64,000 nt of DNA from a bacterium (GCA_963674595.2 CAXXFV010000027.1:1-64000); one strand, 5' to 3'. Positions 8,018 through 17,780 are shown, counted from the stretch's first letter. The notes: generated by a model from the sequence alone, not told the origin. A program made the numbers and translations.

Positions 8018-10024
8018 GTGGCTAATTTAAACTCTTTGAAAAATATATTTACAAATTGTTGGCATAGTTCCGACAATCCATGTCAATTTTTTATAGAATG
8101 TTTGAATGATGGGCAGAAATGTCATCAATCTCAAACAACAAAATCACGATTAGATGAGTTCAAGAATACCATATTATTTGAAAATAATACCAAACCTGTC
8201 ATTTTAATAGGTATGGGAACGTGTGGACTTGCCAACGGGGCAAAAAAAGTTTATGATAGTTTTAAAAACGAACTGAATGCCAGAAATATAGATGCAACTT
8301 TGGTTTCAACCGGCTGTGTTGGATATTGTGCCAAAGAAGTTATTGTTGATATAAAACTTGCAGGAAAACCAAGAATAAGTTATTGTAAAGTTGTGCCTCA
8401 AGATGTTCCTGAGTTAATTGAATCAACACTCATTAAAGGACAGGTATACACAGATAAATTATTAGGAATTTATAATGCCAATGGTGAAAATTCCGACTGG
8501 AAAGGCCAACAAGATATTCAGGAAATTCCATTTTTCAAAAAACAGCACAAAGTTGTTTTAGCAAATTGTGGTATTATTGATCCTGAAAACATTGATCAAT
8601 ACATTGCTAAAGGTGGCTATGTTGCTCTTTCCAAGTCTGTTAATAAAATGAAACCGGCAGAAGTTATTCAAGAAGTTATTGATGCCGGGCTACGCGGAAG
8701 AGGCGGCGGCGGCTTTCCGACAGGTTTAAAATGGCAATTAGCACATAAAGTTGAAAGTGATATTAAATATCTGGTATGTAACGCTGACGAAGGTGATCCG
8801 GGAGCCTTTATGGACCGGGCCGTGCTTGAAGGTGATCCGCATCGATTGGTTGAAGGAATGACAATCGCTGCTTATGCCATTGGCGCCAGTGTTGGATATG
8901 TTTACTGCCGTGCTGAATATCCTCTGGCCATCAAAAGATTGGAAAAAACAATTAAAGATGCTAAAGAATATGGCCTTTTAGGTGAAAATATCCTGGGCAG
9001 TGGATTTAATTTTGAATTAAAAATCAAAAAAGGAGCCGGTGCTTTTGTTTGTGGGGAAGAAACAGCACTGTTGCATTCTATTGAAGGTAAACGTGGAATG
9101 CCGAGACCACGACCGCCTTATCCATCTGATTCCGGTTTATGGGGTAAACCGACCGTCATTAACAATGTTGAAACATTCTCAAATGTTTCCAATATTTTAG
9201 CAAACGGTGCCGAATGGTATTCAAGTATTGGAACAGAAAATTCTAAAGGAACCAAAATTTTTGCATTGTCCGGTAAAGTAACAAATGTTGGACTGGTTGA
9301 AGTTCCTATGGGTATTTCACTCAGAGAAGTCGTTTTTGATATTGGCGGCGGTATTCCTGATAACAAAGCATTTAAAGCTGTTCAGATAGGCGGCCCTTCA
9401 GGCGGTGCTTTACCTGAACAGGTTATCGATACAAAAATAGATTATGAATCCTTGAAAAAAGTTGGTGCAATGATGGGTTCAGGTGGTCTTGTTGTTATGG
9501 ATGAGACAACCTGTATGGTAGACCTTGCCAAATACTTTATGACATTTATCCAATCGGAATCATGCGGTAAATGTATTCCTTGTCGTGAAGGTACAAAACG
9601 TTTACTGGAAATTTTGGAACGATTAACTACCAGTCATCGAAGTGAAAATTCCGCAACGGAATCGTTGCTCCGATTTCAGGGAATGGTCTATATGGAACGC
9701 CTTGCCGAAGTTATTGCCAATACATCACTGTGTGGGTTGGGACAGACAGCGGCAAATCCTGTATTGAGTACGTTACGTTATTTCCGTGACGAATATGAAG
9801 CACATCTTTATGATCGTAAATGTCCGGCTGGTGAATGTCGTGAGCTGTTAACATTTCATATTGATACGGATAAATGTACTGGATGCCATCTTTGTGCTAA
9901 AAAATGTCCTGAAAATGCCATTATCGGTGAAGTTAAAAAAGCACACTATATTATTGATGATAAATGTGTCCGTTGTGATCAGTGTAGAGCCAATTGTAAA
10001 TTTGATGCGATTTATGTTGATTAA
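8018..10024 (+). CDS. hydB: NuoF-like FMN/NADH subunit of hydrogenase 1 (HydB), bifurcating-type signature
   Basis: GRGGGGFPTG, ADEGDPGAFMDR, GAGAFVCGEET, GGPSGG, SCGKCIPCREG, C-terminal 2x[4Fe-4S] (CTGCHLCAKKCP, CVRCDQCRANC). Confidence 0.9.
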   Translation: MANLNSLKNIFTNCWHSSDNPCQFFIECLNDGQKCHQSQTTKSRLDEFKNTILFENNTKPVILIGMGTCGLANGAKKVYDSFKNELNARNIDATLVSTGCVGYCAKEVIVDIKLAGKPRISYCKVVPQDVPELIESTLIKGQVYTDKLLGIYNANGENSDWKGQQDIQEIPFFKKQHKVVLANCGIIDPENIDQYIAKGGYVALSKSVNKMKPAEVIQEVIDAGLRGRGGGGFPTGLKWQLAHKVESDIKYLVCNADEGDPGAFMDRAVLEGDPHRLVEGMTIAAYAIGASVGYVYCRAEYPLAIKRLEKTIKDAKEYGLLGENILGSGFNFELKIKKGAGAFVCGEETALLHSIEGKRGMPRPRPPYPSDSGLWGKPTVINNVETFSNVSNILANGAEWYSSIGTENSKGTKIFALSGKVTNVGLVEVPMGISLREVVFDIGGGIPDNKAFKAVQIGGPSGGALPEQVIDTKIDYESLKKVGAMMGSGGLVVMDETTCMVDLAKYFMTFIQSESCGKCIPCREGTKRLLEILERLTTSHRSENSATESLLRFQGMVYMERLAEVIANTSLCGLGQTAANPVLSTLRYFRDEYEAHLYDRKCPAGECRELLTFHIDTDKCTGCHLCAKKCPENAIIGEVKKAHYIIDDKCVRCDQCRANCKFDAIYVD

Positions 10025-10041
10025 TATATTAGAGGAATAGA

Positions 10042-11751
10042 ATGAAAATAACGTTAAATGATAAAGAATGCTGGGCAAATCCAGGTGAAACAATATTAAA
10101 AGTTGCTGAACGTGAAGGCGTAAAAATACCAACTTTATGTTATTTAAAAGACTTTTCACCAACGGGTTCATGCCGAATTTGTGTTGTTGATGTAGAAGGT
10201 CAAAGAAGTCTTGTACCTGCTTGTGCTTTTCCTGTTTTTGAAGGAATGAAAGTTCAGACAAATTCTCAAAAAGTACGACGCTCAAGAAAAACAATAATTG
10301 AATTGCTGATTGCCAATCACCCTCAGGATTGTCTGGTATGTGTTCGTAGTGGTAACTGTGAACTGCAAAGTCTTGCACAGGAATATGATATTGCCAGTTT
10401 TCGATATTCTGGTGAAAGAAAACATAACAAACTTGATATTGCCAGTCCGGCAATTGAACGTGACCCAGAAAAATGTATTTTATGTGGACGATGTGTTCGA
10501 ATCTGTCATGAAGTTCAAAAGGTTGGTGCTATTGATTTTGCCAATCGTGGATTTAAAAGTGTTGTAACACCTGCTTTTGACCAGAGTCTCAATACCATGT
10601 CATGTGTTTATTGTGGTCAGTGTATTACAGCATGTCCGGTTGGCGCTTTAAGAGAAAAAAGCCATTTAAAAATGGTATGGGAAGCCATTAATAATAAAGA
10701 TAAATATGTTGTTGTACAGGTTGCACCTGCTGTTCGGGTTGCTCTTGGTGAAGAATTTGGTATGGAAGCGGGATCTGTTGTTACCGGTAAAATTGTTTCT
10801 GCTCTTCGCCGCATAGGGTTTGACCAGGTATTTGACACCAACTTTAGCGCAGATTTAACAATCATTGAAGAAGCAACCGAGCTTCTCGGCCGTTTAAACA
10901 ATGGCGGCACATTGCCGATGATGACTTCATGCAGCCCGGGTTGGATCAAATATATTGAACATTATTATCCGGATTTATTGGATAATTTATCAACCTGTAA
11001 ATCTCCGCACGAAATGCAGGGTGCTTTAATAAAATCCTATTATGCTGAAAAGATGAATATTGATCCTGAAAAAATATTCGTTGTATCGATAATGCCATGT
11101 ACTGCTAAAAAATTTGAAGCCCAACGGCCGGAACTTGGTGATAACTATCAGGATGTTGACGCTGTTTTAACAACACGTGAATTAGGGCGTATGATTAAAA
11201 CGGCCGGAATCGAATTCAACAAATTACCGGACGAGTATTTTGATGATCCTATGGGAGAATCAACCGGCGCTGCTGTTATCTTTGGAAGTGCAGGCGGTGT
11301 TATGGAAGCAGCCATTCGAACAGCTTATTTCACCTTGACCGGCAAAGAAATGGATAATATAGATTTTAAAAGTGTCCGCGGTCTGGACGGCGTTAAAGAT
11401 GCCTCTGTTGAAATAAATGGTATTAAACTTAATATTGCCGCAGTTAATGGATTGAGCAATATGAGCAAAATTCTTGATGATATTCGCAACGGTGAAACCC
11501 AATACCATTTTATTGAAGTCATGGCTTGTCCTGGCGGTTGTATTAATGGTGGTGGACAACCATTGCCTGCAAGTCAGGAAAAAACAGAAAAACGTATGCA
11601 CGCCATTTATAAAATAGACCGTTCATTGCCCAAACGTGCTTCACATCAGAATGAATCCGTTCAAAAATTGTATAAAGAATTTTTAGGCGAACCGAATGGT
11701 CATAAAGCGCATGAATTATTGCACACACACTATGTGAAGAGAGAAATATAA
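10042..11751 (+). CDS. hydA: Group A [FeFe]-hydrogenase catalytic subunit 1 (HydA)
   Basis: [2Fe-2S] motif, His-ligated HxxxCxxCxxxxxC, 2x[4Fe-4S]; H-cluster motifs TSCSPGW, MPCTAKKFE, EVMACPGGCINGGGQP; ends AHELLHT. Confidence 0.95.
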   Translation: MKITLNDKECWANPGETILKVAEREGVKIPTLCYLKDFSPTGSCRICVVDVEGQRSLVPACAFPVFEGMKVQTNSQKVRRSRKTIIELLIANHPQDCLVCVRSGNCELQSLAQEYDIASFRYSGERKHNKLDIASPAIERDPEKCILCGRCVRICHEVQKVGAIDFANRGFKSVVTPAFDQSLNTMSCVYCGQCITACPVGALREKSHLKMVWEAINNKDKYVVVQVAPAVRVALGEEFGMEAGSVVTGKIVSALRRIGFDQVFDTNFSADLTIIEEATELLGRLNNGGTLPMMTSCSPGWIKYIEHYYPDLLDNLSTCKSPHEMQGALIKSYYAEKMNIDPEKIFVVSIMPCTAKKFEAQRPELGDNYQDVDAVLTTRELGRMIKTAGIEFNKLPDEYFDDPMGESTGAAVIFGSAGGVMEAAIRTAYFTLTGKEMDNIDFKSVRGLDGVKDASVEINGIKLNIAAVNGLSNMSKILDDIRNGETQYHFIEVMACPGGCINGGGQPLPASQEKTEKRMHAIYKIDRSLPKRASHQNESVQKLYKEFLGEPNGHKAHELLHTHYVKREI

Positions 11752-11753
11752 TA

Positions 11754-13796
11754 ATGCCTGTTGTTTGGACAATTGAAGAAAAATGTAAGCGCTGTTATAG
11801 CTGCATACGTGAATGTCCTGCAAAGGCTATTAAAGTTGAAAAAGGCCAGGCAAAGGTAATTCAGGATCGTTGTATAGGATGCGGACATTGTGTCAGTGTT
11901 TGTTCTCAAAAGGCAAAAGCTGTGCTCAGTGGAATTGACGCAACATTATCCTTTTTAAATTCGGATTCGCCGACATTTGCTATGTTAGCTCCGGCTTTTC
12001 CGGCAGCCTTTCCGGATGTAGACCCTGGTTTAGTGGTTGGTGCTTTAAAAGCTTTAGGTTTTTCAAAAGTAGTTGAAGTAGCATTTGGTGCTGATTTGAT
12101 AAATCGAAAATATAAAGCCCTGGTATCCCGAAATGAAGAAAAGGATCCGCACAAAACCAATGAACCTGTCATTACCAGTTCCTGCCCGGCAATTTGTGAA
12201 TATATCCAAAAATATGTGCCGGAATTAATATCACATCTGGCACCTATTGTTTCTCCTATGGTAGCAATGGGACGTGTCGTTAAAATGTTTTATGGCGACC
12301 ATAATAAAGTTGTGTTTATTGGCCCATGCTCTGCTAAAAAAGTAGAAATGCTTGATGAAGAAGTTAAGGATTCGGTGGATGAAGTATTGACATTTACAGA
12401 GATTGAAAAAATCTTTGTAAAAAAGAATATACAGTTTGACCAAATTCAAAAAATGCCTTTTGATCCGCCGCACCCATATTTAGGACGATTGTATCCAATT
12501 TCAGGAGGATTATTGAGAAGTGCCGGCCTTCCTTTTGATATTATGAATAATGATATTATTTTAACGGAAGGCAAACAACGTATTCTCAACCTGCTTGAAT
12601 GTATTCATAACCATGAAATTGATGCAAAAATGGTTGACGTGCTTTTCTGTGAAGGGTGTATTAATGGTCCCTATATGAATCACTCTATTAATTATTTTTC
12701 ACGTAAACAAAAAATAGTTAAATATAGCGATTCCAAAAGACCACTTACTAACTATCCTGAATGGGAAAAGAATATTAAAAAATGTACTGACTTGCCGTTA
12801 ACACGAAAGTTTAAATTTCAGGCTATTTCTAAAATTGAACCGTCTGATTCGGAGATTCGGCGAATATTATTAAAGATAAATAAAAGAACCGAATCAGATG
12901 AATTGAATTGCGGCGCTTGTGGGTATGCCTCCTGTAGAGAATACGCAACAGCCGTTTTTCAAGGTTTGGCTGAAGAAGAAATGTGTCTGCCTTTTCTTGT
13001 AGACAAACAGGAAAAAATGCAAATTGAACTTCAGAGCTCCTTTAAAGAGTTGTCCGAAACCCAGGAACAACTCATTCATCATGAAAAATTGGCATCTATC
13101 GGACAATTGGCAGCCGGCGTTGCTCATGAAGTTAATAACCCACTCGGGTCGATTATGCTTTATGCGCATTTGGTGCTGCAAAAGCTGGGACAAGATGATC
13201 CAAATGCAAGCGACCTTTATTTTATAATGGAGGAAGCCAAAAGGTGCCAAAAAATTGTTGCAGGACTTTTAAACTTTGCGCGGCAAGGACATTTAAAGTT
13301 TAATAAACAAGATATTGGTAAAATAATTGAAAAAATTATCAACACAGTTGAAAAACAGAAACTGTTTGAAAATATTAAAATACAGAACCAGCTCGATGCT
13401 AAATTACCGCAAATAGATGTGGATAGAGACCAAATACATCAGGTTTTTCTTAATTTGATTATAAACGCTGCCGAAGCTATGCAGGATAATAATTTAAATA
13501 AAAAACTTGAAATTGAATCGGTTATCGATACTGAAACCAATCGGTTGTTTTTGCATTTTAGAGACAATGGTGTCGGAATCCCCGCAGAAAATATGGGTAA
13601 ACTTTTCACACCTTTTTTCACAACCAAACAAATTGGTGAAGGTACGGGTTTAGGTCTTCCCATTGCCTATGGTATCGTTAAAATGCATCGTGGCAATATT
13701 TCTGTAAAAAGTGAAATTGGCAAAGGTACAACCTTTACGGTTGAATTACCCATGGTATCAGAAACTTTTGCCAGCCAAAATTCAGTATTTAATTGA
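11754..13796 (+). CDS. Sensory (group C-like) [FeFe]-hydrogenase domain fused to histidine kinase, copy 2
   Basis: CKRCYSCIRECP, CIGCGHCVSVC; TSSCP, GPCSAKKVE, LFCEGCINGP; CGACGYASC; H-box AHEVNNPL; GEGTGLGL. Confidence 0.88.
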   Translation: MPVVWTIEEKCKRCYSCIRECPAKAIKVEKGQAKVIQDRCIGCGHCVSVCSQKAKAVLSGIDATLSFLNSDSPTFAMLAPAFPAAFPDVDPGLVVGALKALGFSKVVEVAFGADLINRKYKALVSRNEEKDPHKTNEPVITSSCPAICEYIQKYVPELISHLAPIVSPMVAMGRVVKMFYGDHNKVVFIGPCSAKKVEMLDEEVKDSVDEVLTFTEIEKIFVKKNIQFDQIQKMPFDPPHPYLGRLYPISGGLLRSAGLPFDIMNNDIILTEGKQRILNLLECIHNHEIDAKMVDVLFCEGCINGPYMNHSINYFSRKQKIVKYSDSKRPLTNYPEWEKNIKKCTDLPLTRKFKFQAISKIEPSDSEIRRILLKINKRTESDELNCGACGYASCREYATAVFQGLAEEEMCLPFLVDKQEKMQIELQSSFKELSETQEQLIHHEKLASIGQLAAGVAHEVNNPLGSIMLYAHLVLQKLGQDDPNASDLYFIMEEAKRCQKIVAGLLNFARQGHLKFNKQDIGKIIEKIINTVEKQKLFENIKIQNQLDAKLPQIDVDRDQIHQVFLNLIINAAEAMQDNNLNKKLEIESVIDTETNRLFLHFRDNGVGIPAENMGKLFTPFFTTKQIGEGTGLGLPIAYGIVKMHRGNISVKSEIGKGTTFTVELPMVSETFASQNSVFN

Positions 13797-13811
13797 ATAA
13801 CAGGTTAAAAA

Positions 13812-14207
13812 ATGAAAAAGAAAATACTGCTTGTCGATGATGATACAGATTTTGTAGCAATTAATCGTGATTTTTTGATTAGTAACGGATTTCAAGTCCT
13901 GGTAGCTTATAACGGACAAGAAGCTGAACAAGTATTGGCTGAAGAAATACCGGATTTAATGATATTAGATGTTATGATGAGTGAAGTAGGAGAGGGTTTT
14001 GAGGTGGCGCGAAACGTTCGGGCCGATGAGAGAACAGCACACATTCCTATTCTCATGCTTACCTCTGTCAATCAGGAACATGATTTTAATTTAACAATTG
14101 GGCCTGATGCCAACTGGAACCCGGTTGACCAGTTTGTTGAAAAACCCATTGAACATAAGCAATTACTCGAAAAAGTATATGAACTGCTCAAGATAGAAAA
14201 GGAATAA
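13812..14207 (+). CDS. Single-domain response regulator
   Basis: ILLVDDD, LDVMMS, MLTS, EKP. Confidence 0.9.
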   Translation: MKKKILLVDDDTDFVAINRDFLISNGFQVLVAYNGQEAEQVLAEEIPDLMILDVMMSEVGEGFEVARNVRADERTAHIPILMLTSVNQEHDFNLTIGPDANWNPVDQFVEKPIEHKQLLEKVYELLKIEKE

Positions 14208-14210
14208 GGA

Positions 14211-14609
14211 ATGAATAAGAAAATATTAATGGTTGATGACGATATTGATTTGATAGATATTTACAAGCCGGTTTTGGAAAATGCCGGTTATACCGTTAAA
14301 GCAGCCTATGACAGCAACGAAGGTTTTCAGGCTTTTCAGGACTTTAATCCGGATGTTGTATTGGTTGATTTGGCAATGGAGCATTTTGATTCCGGTTTTG
14401 TTCTTTGCCATAAAATTAAAAAACTTGAAAAATCCAAAAATATACCGGTTATCATTATGACAGCCGCCGGACACGAAACCGGAATTCGTTTTACAACACA
14501 AACAAATGAAGAAAGAAACTGGATTAAAGCTGACGATTATCTGGAAAAACCTATTTCTCCAAGAGATTTATTGCAATATTTGAATGAAAAAGTATTCAAG
14601 GCCAAATGA
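14211..14609 (+). CDS. Single-domain response regulator
   Basis: ILMVDDD, VDLAME, IMTA, LEKP. Confidence 0.9.
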   Translation: MNKKILMVDDDIDLIDIYKPVLENAGYTVKAAYDSNEGFQAFQDFNPDVVLVDLAMEHFDSGFVLCHKIKKLEKSKNIPVIIMTAAGHETGIRFTTQTNEERNWIKADDYLEKPISPRDLLQYLNEKVFKAK

Positions 14610-16114
14610 TAGTTGAAAATCGTCAAATACTTGTCATTGATGATGAACGAGGAATGCGTGAGGGTATAAAACGCATTCTGGAGCTTCAGGGTCACCATGT
14701 AGATACTGCTGATAACGGAACGCTTGGAATAGAGCTTGGTTCCTTTAAAGAATATGATCTCTATTTCATTGATTTAAAAATGCCGGATATTGAAGGAACT
14801 CAGGTTTTACGTGAGATAAAATTATGCTATCCGGAAGCGATCTGCATAATTGTAACAGCTTTTGCATCGATTGAAACCGCAGTAACAACGACCCGTTTAG
14901 GTGCTTATCAGTATATTTCCAAGCCCTTTACTCCGGAAGAGCTTAATATTCTGGTTAACCGCGCTTTGGAACGCAGATGGTACATTCTTGAAGCTCGCCG
15001 ACTAAAAGAAGAACAACAAAGTCGTCTTTTAGAGGTTGCAAATGAAAAGTCCAGAATGCGTACAATTATCAATGCACTGGATGACGGTATTCTTGTAGTA
15101 AATCAAAATGGTGAAATTGTTCTATTTAATCCTGGATTTTTGAAATTACTCGATATTAAAAATGAACTTAAAATAGGTGAAACCATTTATCCATTTTTGC
15201 CGGCAGAACTTTCAAATCAAATCCAGGAAATACTGTTTAACAGAGGTGTTTTTAAGGCTATTAAACAGGAACTTGTAGTAAAACCGCCTGCTGAGATGGT
15301 AATTATGGCCAATACGACACCTATTTTAAATAATAATAATGAACTTGTTGGGCTCGTTTCAGTGTTGCGCGACATTACCGAACTTAAACAAGTTGATGTT
15401 CTTAAATCACAATTTGTTAATATGGCTGCCCATGAATTGAAATCACCTTTATCGGCAGTTCAGGGCTACCTGGAAATGATTGCAGACCATACACTTGGTG
15501 ATGCTCCTGAAATATATGACGGCTATGTTAACCGTTCTCTTGAAAGGACTAAATCATTGGTTGCTTTAATCAATGATTTGCTCAATATCTCTCGTCTTGA
15601 TGCAAATAAAGTTCGAAGAGATATAGTATCTCTTAATTTATCTGATATAATTTTTGATGAGTTAATTAATTTAAAAGATAAATTTTTCAATAAAAATTTG
15701 TATATTGAACTCTCTATTGATAATATGCTTTTTGTTGAGGCAGATGAACAAGAAGTCCGTAGAGTTTTCAAAAACCTGATTTCCAATGCTATAAAATACA
15801 ATCGTGACGACGGTCAGATTTTTATTCGCACCAAAATACTTGCTCATTATTTTTTAATTGAAATAAGAGACACCGGCATTGGTCTGTCACCTGAAGAAAA
15901 AGATCGACTCTTTGAAGAGTTTTTTCGCGCAAAAAACAAGTACACAAGGCGTATTCCTGGTACGGGTTTAGGGCTCAGTATTGTTAAAAAAATATTGGAT
16001 ACTTATGCAGGAAAAATTGAGATAGAAAGTACGTTTGAACAAGGTTCAGTTTTTTTTGTATCATGGCCGAAACCGGTTAAGTCAGCAACACCTGTTAATA
16101 CCCTTAATTCATAA
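14606..16114 (+). CDS. Hybrid sensor kinase REC-PAS-HisKA-HATPase, copy 2
   Basis: REC; PAS (LDDGILVVNQNGEIVLFNP...RDITE); H-box AHELKSP; NAIKY; GTGLGL. Confidence 0.92.
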   Translation: MIVENRQILVIDDERGMREGIKRILELQGHHVDTADNGTLGIELGSFKEYDLYFIDLKMPDIEGTQVLREIKLCYPEAICIIVTAFASIETAVTTTRLGAYQYISKPFTPEELNILVNRALERRWYILEARRLKEEQQSRLLEVANEKSRMRTIINALDDGILVVNQNGEIVLFNPGFLKLLDIKNELKIGETIYPFLPAELSNQIQEILFNRGVFKAIKQELVVKPPAEMVIMANTTPILNNNNELVGLVSVLRDITELKQVDVLKSQFVNMAAHELKSPLSAVQGYLEMIADHTLGDAPEIYDGYVNRSLERTKSLVALINDLLNISRLDANKVRRDIVSLNLSDIIFDELINLKDKFFNKNLYIELSIDNMLFVEADEQEVRRVFKNLISNAIKYNRDDGQIFIRTKILAHYFLIEIRDTGIGLSPEEKDRLFEEFFRAKNKYTRRIPGTGLGLSIVKKILDTYAGKIEIESTFEQGSVFFVSWPKPVKSATPVNTLNS

Positions 16115-16143
16115 ACATTTTTATGCCATAAAAAGGATGATAT

Positions 16144-16485
16144 ATGCAAATTCAAGACATCGTTACGAAACTTGGTCTCCGAATTTTGAGTGGGGAAAAC
16201 AATCTGACCAAAGATGTTACTTGCGGATATATTTCCGACATTTTAAGCGATGTGATGGCCAAATCTGCAAAGGGAGCAATATGGGTAACCAACCAAACCC
16301 ATGAAAATATAATTGCCATTGTTTTTTTTAAAAATTTGGCTGGTGTAATTTTACCTGATAATTTGCAGCCTGAAGAATCTGCTTTACAAAAAGCTAAGGA
16401 AAAATCGATACCGATCTTTGTATCCGAATATTCAGCATTCGATATTGCCGGTAAACTTTATGAACTGGGTATCCGGGGGAAATAG
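16144..16485 (+). CDS. DRTGG-domain-like protein (hydrogenase-associated)
   Basis: GYISDILSDVM, WVTNQTHENIIA, AFDIAGKLYELG pattern typical of small DRTGG proteins found in Hnd/Hyd operons. Confidence 0.75.
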   Translation: MQIQDIVTKLGLRILSGENNLTKDVTCGYISDILSDVMAKSAKGAIWVTNQTHENIIAIVFFKNLAGVILPDNLQPEESALQKAKEKSIPIFVSEYSAFDIAGKLYELGIRGK

Positions 16486-16488
16486 TGA

Positions 16489-17235
16489 ATGCTTTCATTG
16501 TACAAAGCAGACCTTCATATACATTCTGTTTTATCAGCCTGTGCTGAACTGAGTATGGGCCCCAAGGACATTGTTGCAAAAGCCCTGGAAAAAAAACTTG
16601 ATATTATTGCGATAACAGATCATAATTCTGCTGAAAATGCAGGAGCTGTGATTGATTGTGCCAAGGATACTAAACTTTTCGTTATTCCCGGTATAGAGAT
16701 TTATACAAGAGAAGAAGTCCATGTTATTGCTCTGTTTGAATCAGTTGAATCAGCACAACAAATGGAACAATTCATCTATTCACATTTACCGGAAGGTGAT
16801 TATGATGAATCATATTTTGGACAACAAATAGTATGCGATAAAAATCAAAATGTAATTGATTATAACACGAAAATGCTGCCGTTTCCTGTTAATTGCTCGC
16901 TTCATGATGTTGCACATCAGGTGGAACAATTAAACGGAATTTTTTATCCGGCCCACATAAACCGCAAGGCAAACAGTATTCTCCGTGTGCTGGGATTTAT
17001 CCCGGATAATCTGCCGATAAAGGCCCTGGAAATTACAAAACCCTATAAAGAAGCAGTTGAAGAATTACGTTTTTTAAAAAATACAAAATATAGCATCCTT
17101 GTTTCATCCGATGCTCATGATATAAACGATGTGGGCAAAAATTCTACATTGATGAAACTGGAAGAGCCTTCATTTTCTGAAATTAAATTGGCTATTGAAC
17201 AAAAACAAGACCGGACTATTATAAACGAGGAATGA
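16489..17235 (+). CDS. PHP-domain phosphoesterase
   Basis: DLHIHSVLSAC, AITDHN, GIEI, AHINR, SSDAH metal-binding motifs. Confidence 0.88.
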   Translation: MLSLYKADLHIHSVLSACAELSMGPKDIVAKALEKKLDIIAITDHNSAENAGAVIDCAKDTKLFVIPGIEIYTREEVHVIALFESVESAQQMEQFIYSHLPEGDYDESYFGQQIVCDKNQNVIDYNTKMLPFPVNCSLHDVAHQVEQLNGIFYPAHINRKANSILRVLGFIPDNLPIKALEITKPYKEAVEELRFLKNTKYSILVSSDAHDINDVGKNSTLMKLEEPSFSEIKLAIEQKQDRTIINEE

Positions 17236-17780
17236 GAGAACTATCCTTACATATTCTCGATATTGCTACTAATTCTGTTGAAGCAGAAGCGACAAGAGTC
17301 ATTTTATTTATTAAAGAATCTGAAAAAGAGAATCTGTTTCAGATCATAGTAAGAGACAATGGTCGCGGTATGAGCCCGGAATTGCTAAAAAAAGTAATAG
17401 ACCCATTTACTACTTCCCGAACAACACGTAAAGTGGGAATGGGCCTGCCATTAATGAAACTTGCTGCCGAACAGGCAGGAGGTTCTTTGAAGATTAATTC
17501 TGAATTGGGTAAAGGCACCCAGTTATGTGTGACTTTACAAAAAAATAACCTAAACCGCGCGCCGCTTGGTGATATTGGCGATACAGTTGTAAACCTGATA
17601 ATAGGTGCACTTGACGTTCATTTTTGTTATTTGCACCAAACCGATATAGGATGTTTTCGTTTTGATTCTTTTTGGATTTTTGCCGAAATGGCAAATCAAA
17701 ATCTAAATATATATGAAATGGTTGAACCTGCAAAAAAATACATAAATACAGGTTTAACAAATATTAAGTCAGTTGGCTAA
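17232..17780 (+). CDS. Histidine-kinase-like ATPase (HATPase_c only), hydrogenase-associated
   Basis: MRELSLHILDIATNS, DNGRGM, DPFTTSRTTRKVGMGL, RAPLGD; no sensor or HisKA domain. Confidence 0.82.
   Translation: MRELSLHILDIATNSVEAEATRVILFIKESEKENLFQIIVRDNGRGMSPELLKKVIDPFTTSRTTRKVGMGLPLMKLAAEQAGGSLKINSELGKGTQLCVTLQKNNLNRAPLGDIGDTVVNLIIGALDVHFCYLHQTDIGCFRFDSFWIFAEMANQNLNIYEMVEPAKKYINTGLTNIKSVG

Noticed and set aside
7550-10024. Annotation of the NuoE/NuoF-like genes as respiratory complex I
   Set aside because: No membrane Nuo subunits are present and the genes directly precede H-cluster subunits, so they are hydrogenase diaphorase modules.
9848-10453. 201-aa minus-strand ORF and the many other short antisense or alternate-frame ORFs in the track
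   Set aside because: They lie wholly over well-supported + strand genes and have no recognisable motifs; shadow ORFs.
10920-10945. TSCSPGW instead of TSCCPxW in both catalytic HydA subunits
   Set aside because: Common variant in NAD-linked group A hydrogenases; not evidence of inactivity or novelty.
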